A stretch of 62,223 bases of DNA. Source: Candidatus Methanomethylicia archaeon. Lineage in GTDB: Archaea > Thermoproteota > Methanomethylicia > Nezhaarchaeales > B40-G2. Each line of letters begins with the position of its first letter. The stretch's first letter is position 1. The notes below the pieces were generated by a model. It was not told the origin of the DNA, ran no database searches, and worked only from the letters and a program-made list of their open reading frames with translations. Positions 28,509 through 38,226 of the stretch are shown here, in pieces. Location of the stretch: the NCBI GenBank assembly GCA_029259155.1, contig JAPDJI010000015.1, forward strand, positions 1 through 62,223, given 5' to 3'. The translations under genes were made by a program, and so were the position numbers.

Positions 28509-29690
28509 CTACACGTAGATGAGTTCCCTGGGCGACTTCGTTAAGACCTGTGGTCCATCCTCCGCCACCAGCACGGTGTCCTCGAAACTAGCTCCCCAGT
28601 GAGGAGCGATTAGTTTAGGCTCTAGGCACAGCGTCATGCCGGGTCTGAGAGGCTTATTGTTGTGAGGCGTGATCGAAGGCTCCTCAACCACCTCTAACCC
28701 TATGCCATGGCCAAGGTAAGTGTACTGCGAGTACTCGGCGTAAGCAGCGAAATAGTCGAGTAGGCCTTCACGCTCAAAAACACGGCGAGCCGCCCAGTAG
28801 AGGTCGCTTACCAGCTTCCCGGGCTTAATGGTCTCTAGAGCCTTCTCCTCAGCCTCCTTGACTAGCTTGAAGGACCTAAGCTGCTTCTCATCCACCTCTC
28901 CTACAGCGTACATCCTGGCTTCATCACAGTGATACCCCCCATAGCTAGTGACGAAGTCTATCAACACCATGTCTCCTCGCTCAATCCTCCTATTGGAAGC
29001 TCCATAGGGCAGAGCTGAAGAGGTGCCAGGCCCTGTTATGGTAATGGCTCCTGGACCTGTTATCACGCCTAAGTTGGGTCCTGAAGGACCTATTACGCCG
29101 TAGGCGTTGAACTTCCAGGTCCTATGTCTTATGAAGCCGTCATGTCCAGCTTTACGCAGCGCATACTCCACCTCTGTTGACAACTCCACCTCGGTGATCC
29201 CGGGTTCCAGCACCTCCTCCACCCTTCTATGTCCTATACGTGAAATATCCGTGGCTCTCTCTATGAGCTTGACCTCCTCTTCGTCCTTCACCGCCCTTAT
29301 ATCGAGGATTGTTGGCGAAAGATCCGTGAACCTAACGTCCTTCAAGAGGGAGGTTAGTTTAAGGTAGAGGTTAGCGGATATTACATCCATATTCACGCCA
29401 AGCACTCCTTTAGTTAGACCTAACTCCTCCAGTAACTTCTCTAGGTCACTGGTCCCAAAGCCTCTCCTGACGTCCTTAACCCATGAATCCCTTTTAGCCC
29501 TCTCAAAGCCCACCTGTACAAGCATTACAGGGTCGCGGTCAACAGGAACTATCAACATGGCCCTATTGCCCGACCCCGTAAAGTAATAGACGTCTATGAT
29601 GTGGGTTATCAACGCTGCCGAGACCCCAGCCTCCGCCATCCTCCTTTGAAGCTCCTCTACCCTGCGCTTAAACATCATAGAAGCCTCCAA
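28509..29690 (-). CDS. M24 family Xaa-Pro peptidase-like enzyme
   Basis: Creatinase-like N-terminal domain; metal ligands in LIDF, HCDE, GHGIG, LEP, FED. Confidence 0.88.
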   Translation of the reverse strand: MEASMMFKRRVEELQRRMAEAGVSAALITHIIDVYYFTGSGNRAMLIVPVDRDPVMLVQVGFERAKRDSWVKDVRRGFGTSDLEKLLEELGLTKGVLGVNMDVISANLYLKLTSLLKDVRFTDLSPTILDIRAVKDEEEVKLIERATDISRIGHRRVEEVLEPGITEVELSTEVEYALRKAGHDGFIRHRTWKFNAYGVIGPSGPNLGVITGPGAITITGPGTSSALPYGASNRRIERGDMVLIDFVTSYGGYHCDEARMYAVGEVDEKQLRSFKLVKEAEEKALETIKPGKLVSDLYWAARRVFEREGLLDYFAAYAEYSQYTYLGHGIGLEVVEEPSITPHNNKPLRPGMTLCLEPKLIAPHWGASFEDTVLVAEDGPQVLTKSPRELIYV

Positions 29691-29733
29691 GCTTAGCTGA
29701 AAGGACGAAGAAGCTCGGTATTTACGGGTTTCC

Positions 29734-31137
29734 CTATATCAAGTCACTAGCCGCGCGTAAACTCTTCATCAACCTAAATACGGCCATCGTAAGCCCCAAG
29801 GATGCTGTCAACGCCGCCGATATTAGCGACATTAAGGACGCCGCCACCAATAACGAGTTTAACTCCAATAGTTGTCCTACTGTGAAAGCTGCGAGGAACA
29901 ATACCGTAAGCATAGTCGACCACTTAAGCCACTGAGGCTTCAAGTCGATGTGTCTAGTGCCTAGAGGAGCTAGGACGTACGCAGCAGCGATGACTAATGG
30001 TGTCAAGTAAAAGACACTTAGTAAAATACCCATTAAGAGGAGGCTGCATAGAAAGCTTACCTCGCCTCCAGAGCCGATTAAGCGGTAGGCCTCATCAGCG
30101 ACCGTCACGGAGATCAGTAAAGGATATAGAGCTAACCTTGACAGTGCTCTGAGCGGCTCGTCATTAATTATGAGCTTAGCCATGGATGGGCTCCAGCTAT
30201 AATACCAAGCATTCAACAGCGAAGTAACCTCACTGCCTGTATGGCATGAGGAGGCTAATTTACTTCTAAAGGATCTGAGCAAGGCTATCCTTGAATCCAA
30301 GTCACTATCTCGAAGAGCTGTAGCTATGAAACAAAGCTCCTTAGAAACTCCGGCTTCAGGCTCCATTGTCCCTGAAGGAACTTCGTCCGGCTCCACTACG
30401 TAAGCCACTATCCAGTACCTGGGATCGAAGTTTCTCCTTTCGAGGATTGTTCTCATCAAGCTCGCATCAGTCCACCCTAACGGGTTTTCATCACCAGTAG
30501 CTTCAGCCCATACCCATCCTTCCTCTTCTCCAAGCCTAACCGGCAAGTTGGTCGGATACCCTGGAAGATATAGGAGGTTGGTGCAGTGACCTCCCTCAGG
30601 CGTCATCCAGACCACTATGGCTGACTTTATCCCGGCAGCCTTACATAGAACCGCCATAAGGATGGCGTGATCTTCACAGTCGCCCCAAGCAACCCCCCTA
30701 CTGTAAGCCTCCAACACCATTTCATCAGCGTTCCTAGCAAACTCCGTCCACCTTCTCCCAGCAATAGGTACAGGGGTTCCATCTACGCCTTCCCAGTGGT
30801 ACTCTACGCACTGTTGAACGTACCTAAAGATGGCTTCAGCCCTCTGATTAACGTCAGGGTACCTAGTGGCCATAGCCCTTCCAACTTCGTAAGCAACGTC
30901 AGTATACTCTCCGAGGCTCTCCTCGATTATTAAAGGAAGTACCGAGTTGGGAGGCTCTCCTCTTATGCATAAGGCTCCTCTCGGATGGAAGTAGTTGGTC
31001 CTACATATATTCCAGCTGTCGAACACTTCACCTCCATCTACGTAAAACTTCTCGGAGGGCGCAGCTACACAGCGCGTCAAGCTTAACGATGATGCTACGA
31101 GTAGGGCTGAGAGAAGCATTAAGAGCAAGGCCCTCAA
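29734..31137 (-). CDS. Secreted transglutaminase-like protein with CFI-box C-terminal membrane anchor
   Basis: Signal peptide; GDCEDHA, GGH, AEAT; CFIATA..LRSFR..YYSWSP..followed by TM helices. Confidence 0.8.
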   Translation of the reverse strand: MRALLLMLLSALLVASSLSLTRCVAAPSEKFYVDGGEVFDSWNICRTNYFHPRGALCIRGEPPNSVLPLIIEESLGEYTDVAYEVGRAMATRYPDVNQRAEAIFRYVQQCVEYHWEGVDGTPVPIAGRRWTEFARNADEMVLEAYSRGVAWGDCEDHAILMAVLCKAAGIKSAIVVWMTPEGGHCTNLLYLPGYPTNLPVRLGEEEGWVWAEATGDENPLGWTDASLMRTILERRNFDPRYWIVAYVVEPDEVPSGTMEPEAGVSKELCFIATALRDSDLDSRIALLRSFRSKLASSCHTGSEVTSLLNAWYYSWSPSMAKLIINDEPLRALSRLALYPLLISVTVADEAYRLIGSGGEVSFLCSLLLMGILLSVFYLTPLVIAAAYVLAPLGTRHIDLKPQWLKWSTMLTVLFLAAFTVGQLLELNSLLVAASLMSLISAALTASLGLTMAVFRLMKSLRAASDLI

Positions 31138-31149
31138 CGAAGCTACACC

Positions 31150-31653
31150 TCAAAGAGGCACAGTCAAGGCCGCGTGCACCATCAAGCCAAGCAGCACGAA
31201 GAAGCCAGCCATGTAGATGCCGCAGGCTACAGGACTCTCCTTCATGGAGGTGAAAGGCATCTTAGGTGTAAACCTGTCTAATAAGTGAAACAGGGCTAAG
31301 GCAAGGAATAGCATCAGGAAGAAGCTTAATATGACGAGAGGAAGGCGGTGAAGCATGAATATGCTCGACAGCCAATCGAGGCCAAGTATAGTGGGTGCAG
31401 TTAACGCTCCATGCATCAGGAAGCCCATGTAGATCAAGAAGCCAGCCAAGAAACACCCCGTGGATACAGGGTCCTTGCCTATAAGCTCCCTGAACGGGAT
31501 CTGCGGGGTTAAAGCATCCCAGATCCTTAAAGCTAACCATCCCAGAAAAGCTCCAAGGATAGCTATGAATACGGTCTTAGCTATCCAGAGTAGCATTATT
31601 GAGGAGAAGGGTAGCATCGGAGATACCTGGCTAAGCCCAATCAACGCGAACAT
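31150..31653 (-). CDS. Membrane protein with two tandem DUF350-like repeats
   Basis: DALTPQIPF..PVSTGCFLAGF..MHGALTAP repeats as DRFTPKMPF..PVACGIYMAGF..VHAALTVP. Confidence 0.7.
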   Translation of the reverse strand: MFALIGLSQVSPMLPFSSIMLLWIAKTVFIAILGAFLGWLALRIWDALTPQIPFRELIGKDPVSTGCFLAGFLIYMGFLMHGALTAPTILGLDWLSSIFMLHRLPLVILSFFLMLFLALALFHLLDRFTPKMPFTSMKESPVACGIYMAGFFVLLGLMVHAALTVPL

Positions 31654-31733
31654 AACTCCTCCTTAAGACCTAAGTATTTAAATGCTACTTAATTAATCAT
31701 GCCTTAAGCACCTCAAGAACCTGTAACCTATAG

Positions 31734-32927
31734 TTGATGTCTCGGAGGAGTCGAGATATGGATTGGAGCGAGGAGCTAAAGACGCTGCGCGAGAGGAGAG
31801 TCGAGAAGCTACAGGTAAGGATGGCTGAAGCTGGGCTGGACGTAGCCTTAGTGATGACGCCTGTCAATCTCTATTACCTAGCCGGTACAGCCCAGAAAGC
31901 TGTGCTGCTCATCCCTTCGGAGGGGGAACCTAGGCTTTACGTCTTTAGGAGCTGGGAAAGGGCTAAGGAAGAAGCTGCCTTTAAGTGTATAGAGGCTAAC
32001 GGGTTAAACCACGTCGTTGAAGAGTTAGAGGAGTTGAAGCCTAAGCTAATAGGCTTAGAGGAGGACGCCATCCCTGTCAGGGTCTATAAACGGTTCTTGA
32101 AGGTAGGTGCAGAAGTGGGGGACGTGGCCTACCTTGTAATGGAGCTAAGGCAGGTTAAAGACCACTTAGAGATCGAGCTCCTGAGGAGAGCGGCTGAGCA
32201 ATGCGATAAAGCGCTGAGCTCCGTCAAGGACGTCCTTAAGGAGGATGTAAGCGAAGTTGAGGTTGCCGCTAGGCTTGAGTTAGAGCTGAGAAAAGCTGGA
32301 CACGACGGATATCTTGATATGAGGAGCTGGGGTGATCATATGCCTAACATAGTCGTCCTCTCTCCCAGCTCTCTGAAGCCAAGCAGGCTTAGCTCCGTTA
32401 GCGTAGGTCCAGGGCTGAGCAGCGCCTGCCCTGTAGGCAGCGGAGGAAGGAGGCTTAAGAGAGGAGACGTGGTGTGGATAGATGTCTCAGGTAGGTTTCA
32501 AGGATACACCTCTGACGTCACTAGGACGTTCGTGTTAGGCAAGGCGGATAAAAAGGTGGAGGAAGCCTTCAACGCTGTCCACGAGATATATCGAAGAGCA
32601 CTGAGCAAGGTAAGAGCTGGTGTTAAGGGAAGCGAGGTTTACATGGAGGCGGTTAAAACAGCCGAGGAGCTTGGGTATGGAGAAGGCTTTATGGGCAGGG
32701 AAAGAGGGAAGGTGGCGTTTATAGGTCATGGAGTAGGCTTAGAGATAGATGAGCCTCCCGTAATAGGTAAGCTCCCCGGAGAGCTTTCGGAGAACATGAC
32801 CGTGGCAATAGAGCCTAAGATAGTGTTTCCACGCTACTGGGGGGTCGGGCTAGAATCCACCCTCGTAGTACGTAGTGGAGGTTATGAAGTACTAGACAAG
32901 GCTCCCTTAGACCTCGTAGAGGTTTAA
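31734..32927 (+). CDS. M24 family Xaa-Pro peptidase-like enzyme
   Basis: YYLAGT, IDVS, SDVTRT, GHGVGLEIDE, IEPK, LES. Confidence 0.88.
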   Translation: MMSRRSRDMDWSEELKTLRERRVEKLQVRMAEAGLDVALVMTPVNLYYLAGTAQKAVLLIPSEGEPRLYVFRSWERAKEEAAFKCIEANGLNHVVEELEELKPKLIGLEEDAIPVRVYKRFLKVGAEVGDVAYLVMELRQVKDHLEIELLRRAAEQCDKALSSVKDVLKEDVSEVEVAARLELELRKAGHDGYLDMRSWGDHMPNIVVLSPSSLKPSRLSSVSVGPGLSSACPVGSGGRRLKRGDVVWIDVSGRFQGYTSDVTRTFVLGKADKKVEEAFNAVHEIYRRALSKVRAGVKGSEVYMEAVKTAEELGYGEGFMGRERGKVAFIGHGVGLEIDEPPVIGKLPGELSENMTVAIEPKIVFPRYWGVGLESTLVVRSGGYEVLDKAPLDLVEV

Positions 32928-32995
32928 CCTCAACAGCTTCATAAAAGAAGCAGGTACCTTTTAACCCCCAGGGCACTAACTAAAGCCGGTGGACC

Positions 32996-34150
32996 ATGCT
33001 CTGTATTAAGGCTAAGCTAATCTACACCGGTAAGCCTGAAGACACCATCCAAGACGCATACTTAGCCTTCGAAGGGAAGCAGATAGTCTACGTAGGTAAA
33101 GAGAAGCCCGGTAAGGAAGTTGAAGTATGGGACATGGAGGATGCGGTGATCACACCAGCCTTCATCGACGCGCACTGCCACATAGGCATGGAGAGAGCTG
33201 GAGAACCTAGCAGGGAAGCTGAGGTTAACGAGCAGTTTGAGTCCGTGCTACCTATGGTAGATGCGTTGTTCTCCGTCTACATGGACGACAAGGCATTTAA
33301 GGAGGCCATAGAGCAGGGCACGCTCTATTCATGTATCCTACCTGGAAGCGCTAACATACTTGGAGGTAGAGGAGCCATAGTGAGGAACTACGGAGTTGAC
33401 GTCGACGACGCCTTCATAAGGTACGCTGGCGTTAAGGCGGCTCTGGGCTATAACCCTAGAAGTGTAGAGGAGTGGAAGGGCACTAGGCCACGTACAAGGA
33501 TGGGGGCGGTTGCCATCTTTCAGCGGTGGTTAGAGAAGGCTAAGTCCACCATGAAGCTCGTGGAGCAAGGAAAAAAGGACCTAGAAGAGGTGGAGCCTGA
33601 GCTCAAACTACTCTTCCCTGTCCTTAGAGGCGAGGAGGCTTTAAGGATACATGTCCACCGCTCCGACGACGTAGCAGCCTTACTTAGGCTGCGCAGCATC
33701 TATGGTTTTAAGGCCACCGCTGAGCATCTATGCGATGTGGCCTCTAAACACACCTTTGAAAGGTTGAGGGAGGAGGGTGTACCGATAGTTTATGGGCCCA
33801 TCGACGCCTTCCCATATAAAACTGAGCTTAAAAATGAGAGTTATAGGAACGTTAAGCTCCTCGTTGAAGCTAGGCCCCTCTTTGGTTTGATGAGTGACCA
33901 TCCAGTAATCCTCCAGCGTAACCTATACCTGCAGTTGAGGTTCTTTAGAAGATACGGCATGTCAAGGGCAGAGTGTATCTCGCTCATAACACGTAGAAAC
34001 GCTCAGATACTAGGCATAGACGATGTACTGGGTTCATTAGAGCCTGGCAAGTGGGCTTCCTTCACGGTCTGGAGCGAAGATCCCTTTAGCTTAGAAGCTT
34101 ACCCGAAACTGGTGGTAGGTGAAGGCAGAAAGCTGCATGAAGAGGGCTAA
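32996..34150 (+). CDS. Metal-dependent amidohydrolase (imidazolonepropionase-like)
   Basis: PAFIDAHCHIG, KAALGYNP, HVHR, EH, SDHP, GSLEPGKWAS. Confidence 0.88.
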   Translation: MLCIKAKLIYTGKPEDTIQDAYLAFEGKQIVYVGKEKPGKEVEVWDMEDAVITPAFIDAHCHIGMERAGEPSREAEVNEQFESVLPMVDALFSVYMDDKAFKEAIEQGTLYSCILPGSANILGGRGAIVRNYGVDVDDAFIRYAGVKAALGYNPRSVEEWKGTRPRTRMGAVAIFQRWLEKAKSTMKLVEQGKKDLEEVEPELKLLFPVLRGEEALRIHVHRSDDVAALLRLRSIYGFKATAEHLCDVASKHTFERLREEGVPIVYGPIDAFPYKTELKNESYRNVKLLVEARPLFGLMSDHPVILQRNLYLQLRFFRRYGMSRAECISLITRRNAQILGIDDVLGSLEPGKWASFTVWSEDPFSLEAYPKLVVGEGRKLHEEG

Positions 34151-35136
34151 GACTTCCAAGCCTGTAGCTCCTGGAGGGCTTTAAGCCTCTTAACTATGTT
34201 GGGGTGCGTCGAGAACAGCTCAGCTATACGGTCAGCCCAGGTCACCTTCCTGTTAAGGATGCTTTTGACGAGAGCTTGATCGCTCATACCTGCCCTTGAA
34301 AGCATCAATACATTGCTGCTTGCTTTATCAGGGTCCTCTATGAAAAGTGCTTTGAACGCGCTTATGCCTTGAGCCCCACGAGCAGCCATACGGACCCTGC
34401 TAGTTGAATGCACTATCTTAGCTAAGGCTTCAGAGAGCTTACGAGCCCCGTCATCTACGTTAACGGCGCTCTCCCTATCAGCGTAGTACTCACGAAGCCT
34501 ACTTAATTGAAGCACGAAGAGCGAAAGGAACCAGTAGATAATTAAGCTCAAGAAGCCAACCAACACTAGGGCACCAGCACTCTCTCGATCTCTTCCTCCG
34601 AGCCAGGAAGACCACATTAAACTATAGCCAAGCAGGTAGAAGATCGCTGGTAGCACCGAGGCAAACATCATTACCTGGACATCGCGGTGTTTAAGGTGCC
34701 CTAGTTCATGGCCAATTACAGCTTCCACCTCTTCGTCCTCAAGTTCCCTTAAGAGCCCCGTCGTCACAGCTATTCGGCTTCCAGTTATCGGCGAGCCGTA
34801 GGCAAAGGCGTTCGGGATAGGTAGGTCTGCCACCATCACCTTAGGCATCTTAAGCTTCATGCGTCTGCAAAGCCTCTCCACCATGTTATAGATCTTCGCA
34901 TAACTCCTCCTATCAGCCTCGCGTACACGGTACATGGAGTCTATCATGTAAGGTGCCATTAACCATTGGAGAAGGTTGAAAAACACCACCAACACCACAA
35001 GCATAGCTATTCCAGGTGCGCTGGTCAAGTTAGTGATGCCGAGCATTTGAAGGATGATGGCGAAGAATAACGTAGATAGCCCTATTAGAAGAGATAGAGT
35101 ACCCAGCATGGAGAGTCTAAGTTTCCAAAGCCCCAT
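34147..35136 (-). CDS. htpX: Zinc metalloprotease HtpX
   Basis: PNAFAYG, HELGH, SRLREYYAD, FSTHP; start reassigned to ATG 35136. Confidence 0.93.
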   Translation of the reverse strand: MGLWKLRLSMLGTLSLLIGLSTLFFAIILQMLGITNLTSAPGIAMLVVLVVFFNLLQWLMAPYMIDSMYRVREADRRSYAKIYNMVERLCRRMKLKMPKVMVADLPIPNAFAYGSPITGSRIAVTTGLLRELEDEEVEAVIGHELGHLKHRDVQVMMFASVLPAIFYLLGYSLMWSSWLGGRDRESAGALVLVGFLSLIIYWFLSLFVLQLSRLREYYADRESAVNVDDGARKLSEALAKIVHSTSRVRMAARGAQGISAFKALFIEDPDKASSNVLMLSRAGMSDQALVKSILNRKVTWADRIAELFSTHPNIVKRLKALQELQAWKS

Positions 35137-35278
35137 ATCCGCTCTATTTTGAACCTGTCCAAGCATTTTTATATCTCTATCCGTCAAGCCGCTCCTTTAC
35201 CTTGAAGAGGCTCTAGCTATTTCACGATTACAGCCTCGTTAGGTTTTACATTAAATGTGAATCTAAGTTCTTATATAG

Positions 35279-35944
35279 TTGAAGTTAACCGAGCTGAAGC
35301 TAGGAGGGTCAAAGCTGAAGATACCCGGCTTCATGGTTAGGATGGGCGGCTTCGTGACCTCCCCGCGCGTTTACTTCAACGTAGTTATTCATGAGAGAAG
35401 GGAGCCCCTCGAGCCCCTACTATACGTAGCTTTGTTCGCCATAGCTAAGTGGGGGCTAAGCGGAGTACTGATCACCGGTCTTGCTCGGACAGCTATGTCC
35501 AGTTTCGGGATGACACCCTTCGCAGCCTTGAGTGAAGCTTCATGGCTACGCAGCTTGCTCGTCTATGGAGTGATACTTGGAGGAACCGTCTCGGAGCTCT
35601 TCGCCTGGTTCCTGTGGAGCCTACTCGCCCACGCCGTAGCTAAGGTCCTAAAGGGCGGAGGAGGGTATATGCGTAGCTTGAACGTGTTGGGCTATGCATG
35701 GGTCGCTGATGTAGCTGTAGTAGCAGCTTTGCTGTTCTCCATTCTATTCCCTCCCCTGCTTATACTTTGTATAGTGGTTCTCATCGTATCCTCGGTGTGG
35801 AAAGTAGTAATAGCTGGAATAGGGTTGTCGGAAGCACATGGCTTCTCGCTAAGTAAAGGCCTAGTTTCAGCGGTTTTGCCGTGGCTTATTATGGCGGCCG
35901 GCGTAATAGTATTAACCTCACCATGGTGGTTCCTACGATGGTAG
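35279..35944 (+). CDS. Yip1-family membrane protein
   Basis: About five TM segments; AHAVAKVLKGGG..LGYAW, GLSEAHGFS. Confidence 0.75.
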   Translation: MKLTELKLGGSKLKIPGFMVRMGGFVTSPRVYFNVVIHERREPLEPLLYVALFAIAKWGLSGVLITGLARTAMSSFGMTPFAALSEASWLRSLLVYGVILGGTVSELFAWFLWSLLAHAVAKVLKGGGGYMRSLNVLGYAWVADVAVVAALLFSILFPPLLILCIVVLIVSSVWKVVIAGIGLSEAHGFSLSKGLVSAVLPWLIMAAGVIVLTSPWWFLRW

Positions 35945-36732
35945 GCTTGAGAGAAGAAGTAGCAGGATTGATGGTGGTGGCGATACTAAGCATCGCGATA
36001 GTGATTTCCCTTCTAGCTCCAGCTGTAGGCTTCACCCCCTCCTACAGGTTGGAGTGGCCATGGATGATGGCTTGGGGAGAGAGGAGGCCTGTAGCTCAGT
36101 ATGAGAAAGGGGTGGATGAAATGTTTAATGCGACGTCTACGGTCATCTTTGTTGATGTGAGCGCTGGGTACGTGGAGGTTCTATGCACGAATGCCAGCTA
36201 CTCCTACATAGTCGAGGTCTACGGGAACACTGATGTGTGGCCTTTAGGCGGGGTTAGCTATAAGGTGGATGAAGAGGTCGTTGACGGAGTACTACGTGTA
36301 GAAAGTAAAGTTAGTGCTGGAGTCCTCAAGATATACGTGAACCCTGCTATACTTCAAGAGCTCAAGATTTACGTGAGCGCGGGTGCAGGGTCGCTAAGGC
36401 TCATAGGCTTGAGTGATGCTGATGTAGACATAAGTGTTAATGCAGGAAGCCTAGACGGCGAGCTGACCTACGTTTCAGTAAGCGATGCTGAAGTAAAGGT
36501 GAACGTTAACGCGGGAAGCCTAGACTTGGACATAGAGGTTCCTGGAGAGGTGAAGGTATGTCTCCAAGCCTCCTCCTCAGCTAGCATTGTCGTAGCGGAG
36601 GTTGAGGGGCTGGGAGGCTTGTCATTACCTAGCCCAGGAGGGCAAACCCTTTGCGACCCAGATTTTACCGAGGGCCTAAGGCTTACCATAGATGCTTCGT
36701 CGGCAACCGTCAACATAAACGTGAGGCGGTGA
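35938..36732 (+). CDS. Membrane-anchored protein with repeated (V/N)xAG beta-strands (DUF4097/LiaG-like)
   Basis: N-terminal TM segment; repeats VSAG, VSAG, VSAGAG, VNAGS, VNAGS. Confidence 0.6.
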   Translation: MVGLREEVAGLMVVAILSIAIVISLLAPAVGFTPSYRLEWPWMMAWGERRPVAQYEKGVDEMFNATSTVIFVDVSAGYVEVLCTNASYSYIVEVYGNTDVWPLGGVSYKVDEEVVDGVLRVESKVSAGVLKIYVNPAILQELKIYVSAGAGSLRLIGLSDADVDISVNAGSLDGELTYVSVSDAEVKVNVNAGSLDLDIEVPGEVKVCLQASSSASIVVAEVEGLGGLSLPSPGGQTLCDPDFTEGLRLTIDASSATVNINVRR

Positions 36733-36816
36733 CCGTCCCTGCTGATGACTCTGTGGAATAAGCCTCATGGAGGCTAGGCTGGTCATAGATATATTGTCAA
36801 GCGCCAAAGAATAGGG

Positions 36817-38094
36817 TTAAGAAGACTTGACAGTTTTTAGGAGCTTCTCCTTCAGGGAAGATACAGTCATAGGAGGCTTGCTTTCTGCAGAGCCTGTCAT
36901 GGTTCTTAGGAGGCCTTCAAGGTCGTCCTTGCACTTGGCAGCTTCAGCCAAGAGGTTTAGTAAGGCTCCACCTTTAAGGTTTGAAGGAGGAGTTTCGACG
37001 GAGTATTCAACACTTTTTCTTCTAAGTTCTTTGCTGACCTCTCTATGAAGATTACTGAGCTCCTTGAGGAGGCGGTCGGCGCCAGCTTTGCGGAAGGCCT
37101 CCTCAACTTCAGCCTGAGCCTCCTTTACGTCTTCAAGCTCCAGCATCCTTCCCTGCTCAGCCGCCTCGATTAAGCCCTTGACCTTAACCTCGGCTTCCTC
37201 TACACCTCCCTTTAATTCAGGAAAGCTCGAAGCTACATGGTTCATCAGCGTCTTGACCCTCCGTAGCTCTTCCAGCCAGCCCACACTATCTTTGAAGGCT
37301 CGAAGTTGATGAAGGCCCTCCTCCAGCTCCCTCCTATAGTAGGAGATCTGCTCCCAAGTGGTATCTGGCTCTATGTTTTTCATCCTCTCCGCGATCGCTA
37401 CTTTGTCTTCTAGGCTCAGGGGGTTAACCTTCGCCTTGACCGCTTCCTTATGGGCCGCCTCGCTCTCAGCTAGAAGGGTTGAGGCTGTAGACTTGAGCTG
37501 CATGAGTGCTTTAGGTTTAAGCCGCTTTAACAGAGACCTCACGTATAGGACTAGGTCTAAGGCCTTGTTGATGGAGGTTAAATCCTTCGAGGTTAAGAGG
37601 TAGGACCTCGCCTCCTCTACCTTCAAGAGCAGCTCGTTGAAGGCCTTACTCCCCTCGAAGGGTTTAAGCAAGGTCTCAGTGTTCGCAAGGAGTATATCAG
37701 TCGCCGCCTCTAAGTACTTCAAACATTCATTCTCTGAGAGTTCTAGGAAGTCAAGCATCTTCTCAACGGCTACTTTAAGCCTATCGGCCGAGAAGTTATG
37801 AAAACCTTCCTTCAACTCTTTTTCAATGTCGGCTGGGCTTAGCTTAGTTTCCTTATCCTCAGGGCTTATTATGGTGGCGGATGCCTTTGAAAGGCCGTTC
37901 AGCGGGGGAGGACCTATAAGGCCGGTAAGGTCTTCGCCTAGAACCTCTTCGATTTTGCTCAGTAGTGCTTCACATAGTTTCAAGTTAGAGGCCTTTTCTT
38001 TGAGCTTACCTACTAGCTCTTCAACCTCCTCCTTCAAGCGTCTTTCTTTCCTTGATTCCTTAGAACTCTTGGTCAACCTGAGGGGCCTTGGCAT
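36817..38094 (-). CDS. Hypothetical alpha-helical / coiled-coil protein
   Basis: 425 aa rich in E/K/L/A heptads; no catalytic motif recognised. Confidence 0.7.
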   Translation of the reverse strand: MPRPLRLTKSSKESRKERRLKEEVEELVGKLKEKASNLKLCEALLSKIEEVLGEDLTGLIGPPPLNGLSKASATIISPEDKETKLSPADIEKELKEGFHNFSADRLKVAVEKMLDFLELSENECLKYLEAATDILLANTETLLKPFEGSKAFNELLLKVEEARSYLLTSKDLTSINKALDLVLYVRSLLKRLKPKALMQLKSTASTLLAESEAAHKEAVKAKVNPLSLEDKVAIAERMKNIEPDTTWEQISYYRRELEEGLHQLRAFKDSVGWLEELRRVKTLMNHVASSFPELKGGVEEAEVKVKGLIEAAEQGRMLELEDVKEAQAEVEEAFRKAGADRLLKELSNLHREVSKELRRKSVEYSVETPPSNLKGGALLNLLAEAAKCKDDLEGLLRTMTGSAESKPPMTVSSLKEKLLKTVKSS

Positions 38095-38226
38095 GGAAGG
38101 AACCTCAAAACCCGCCCCTTACGTTTAGGGAAGGCTCTATAAACTTTGCGCGCGTAGTATATAACTCAAAGAATGAGAACCAGGCCTCTGGCTATAAGCC
38201 GAGGGCTGGAGAGGGGGCTACGTGGT

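Noticed and set aside
36733-36816. CTGATGA plus hairpin AGCCTC-ATG-GAGGCT as a hammerhead ribozyme or C/D box RNA
   Set aside because: No GAAA core or proper D box; at most a hairpin between convergent genes.
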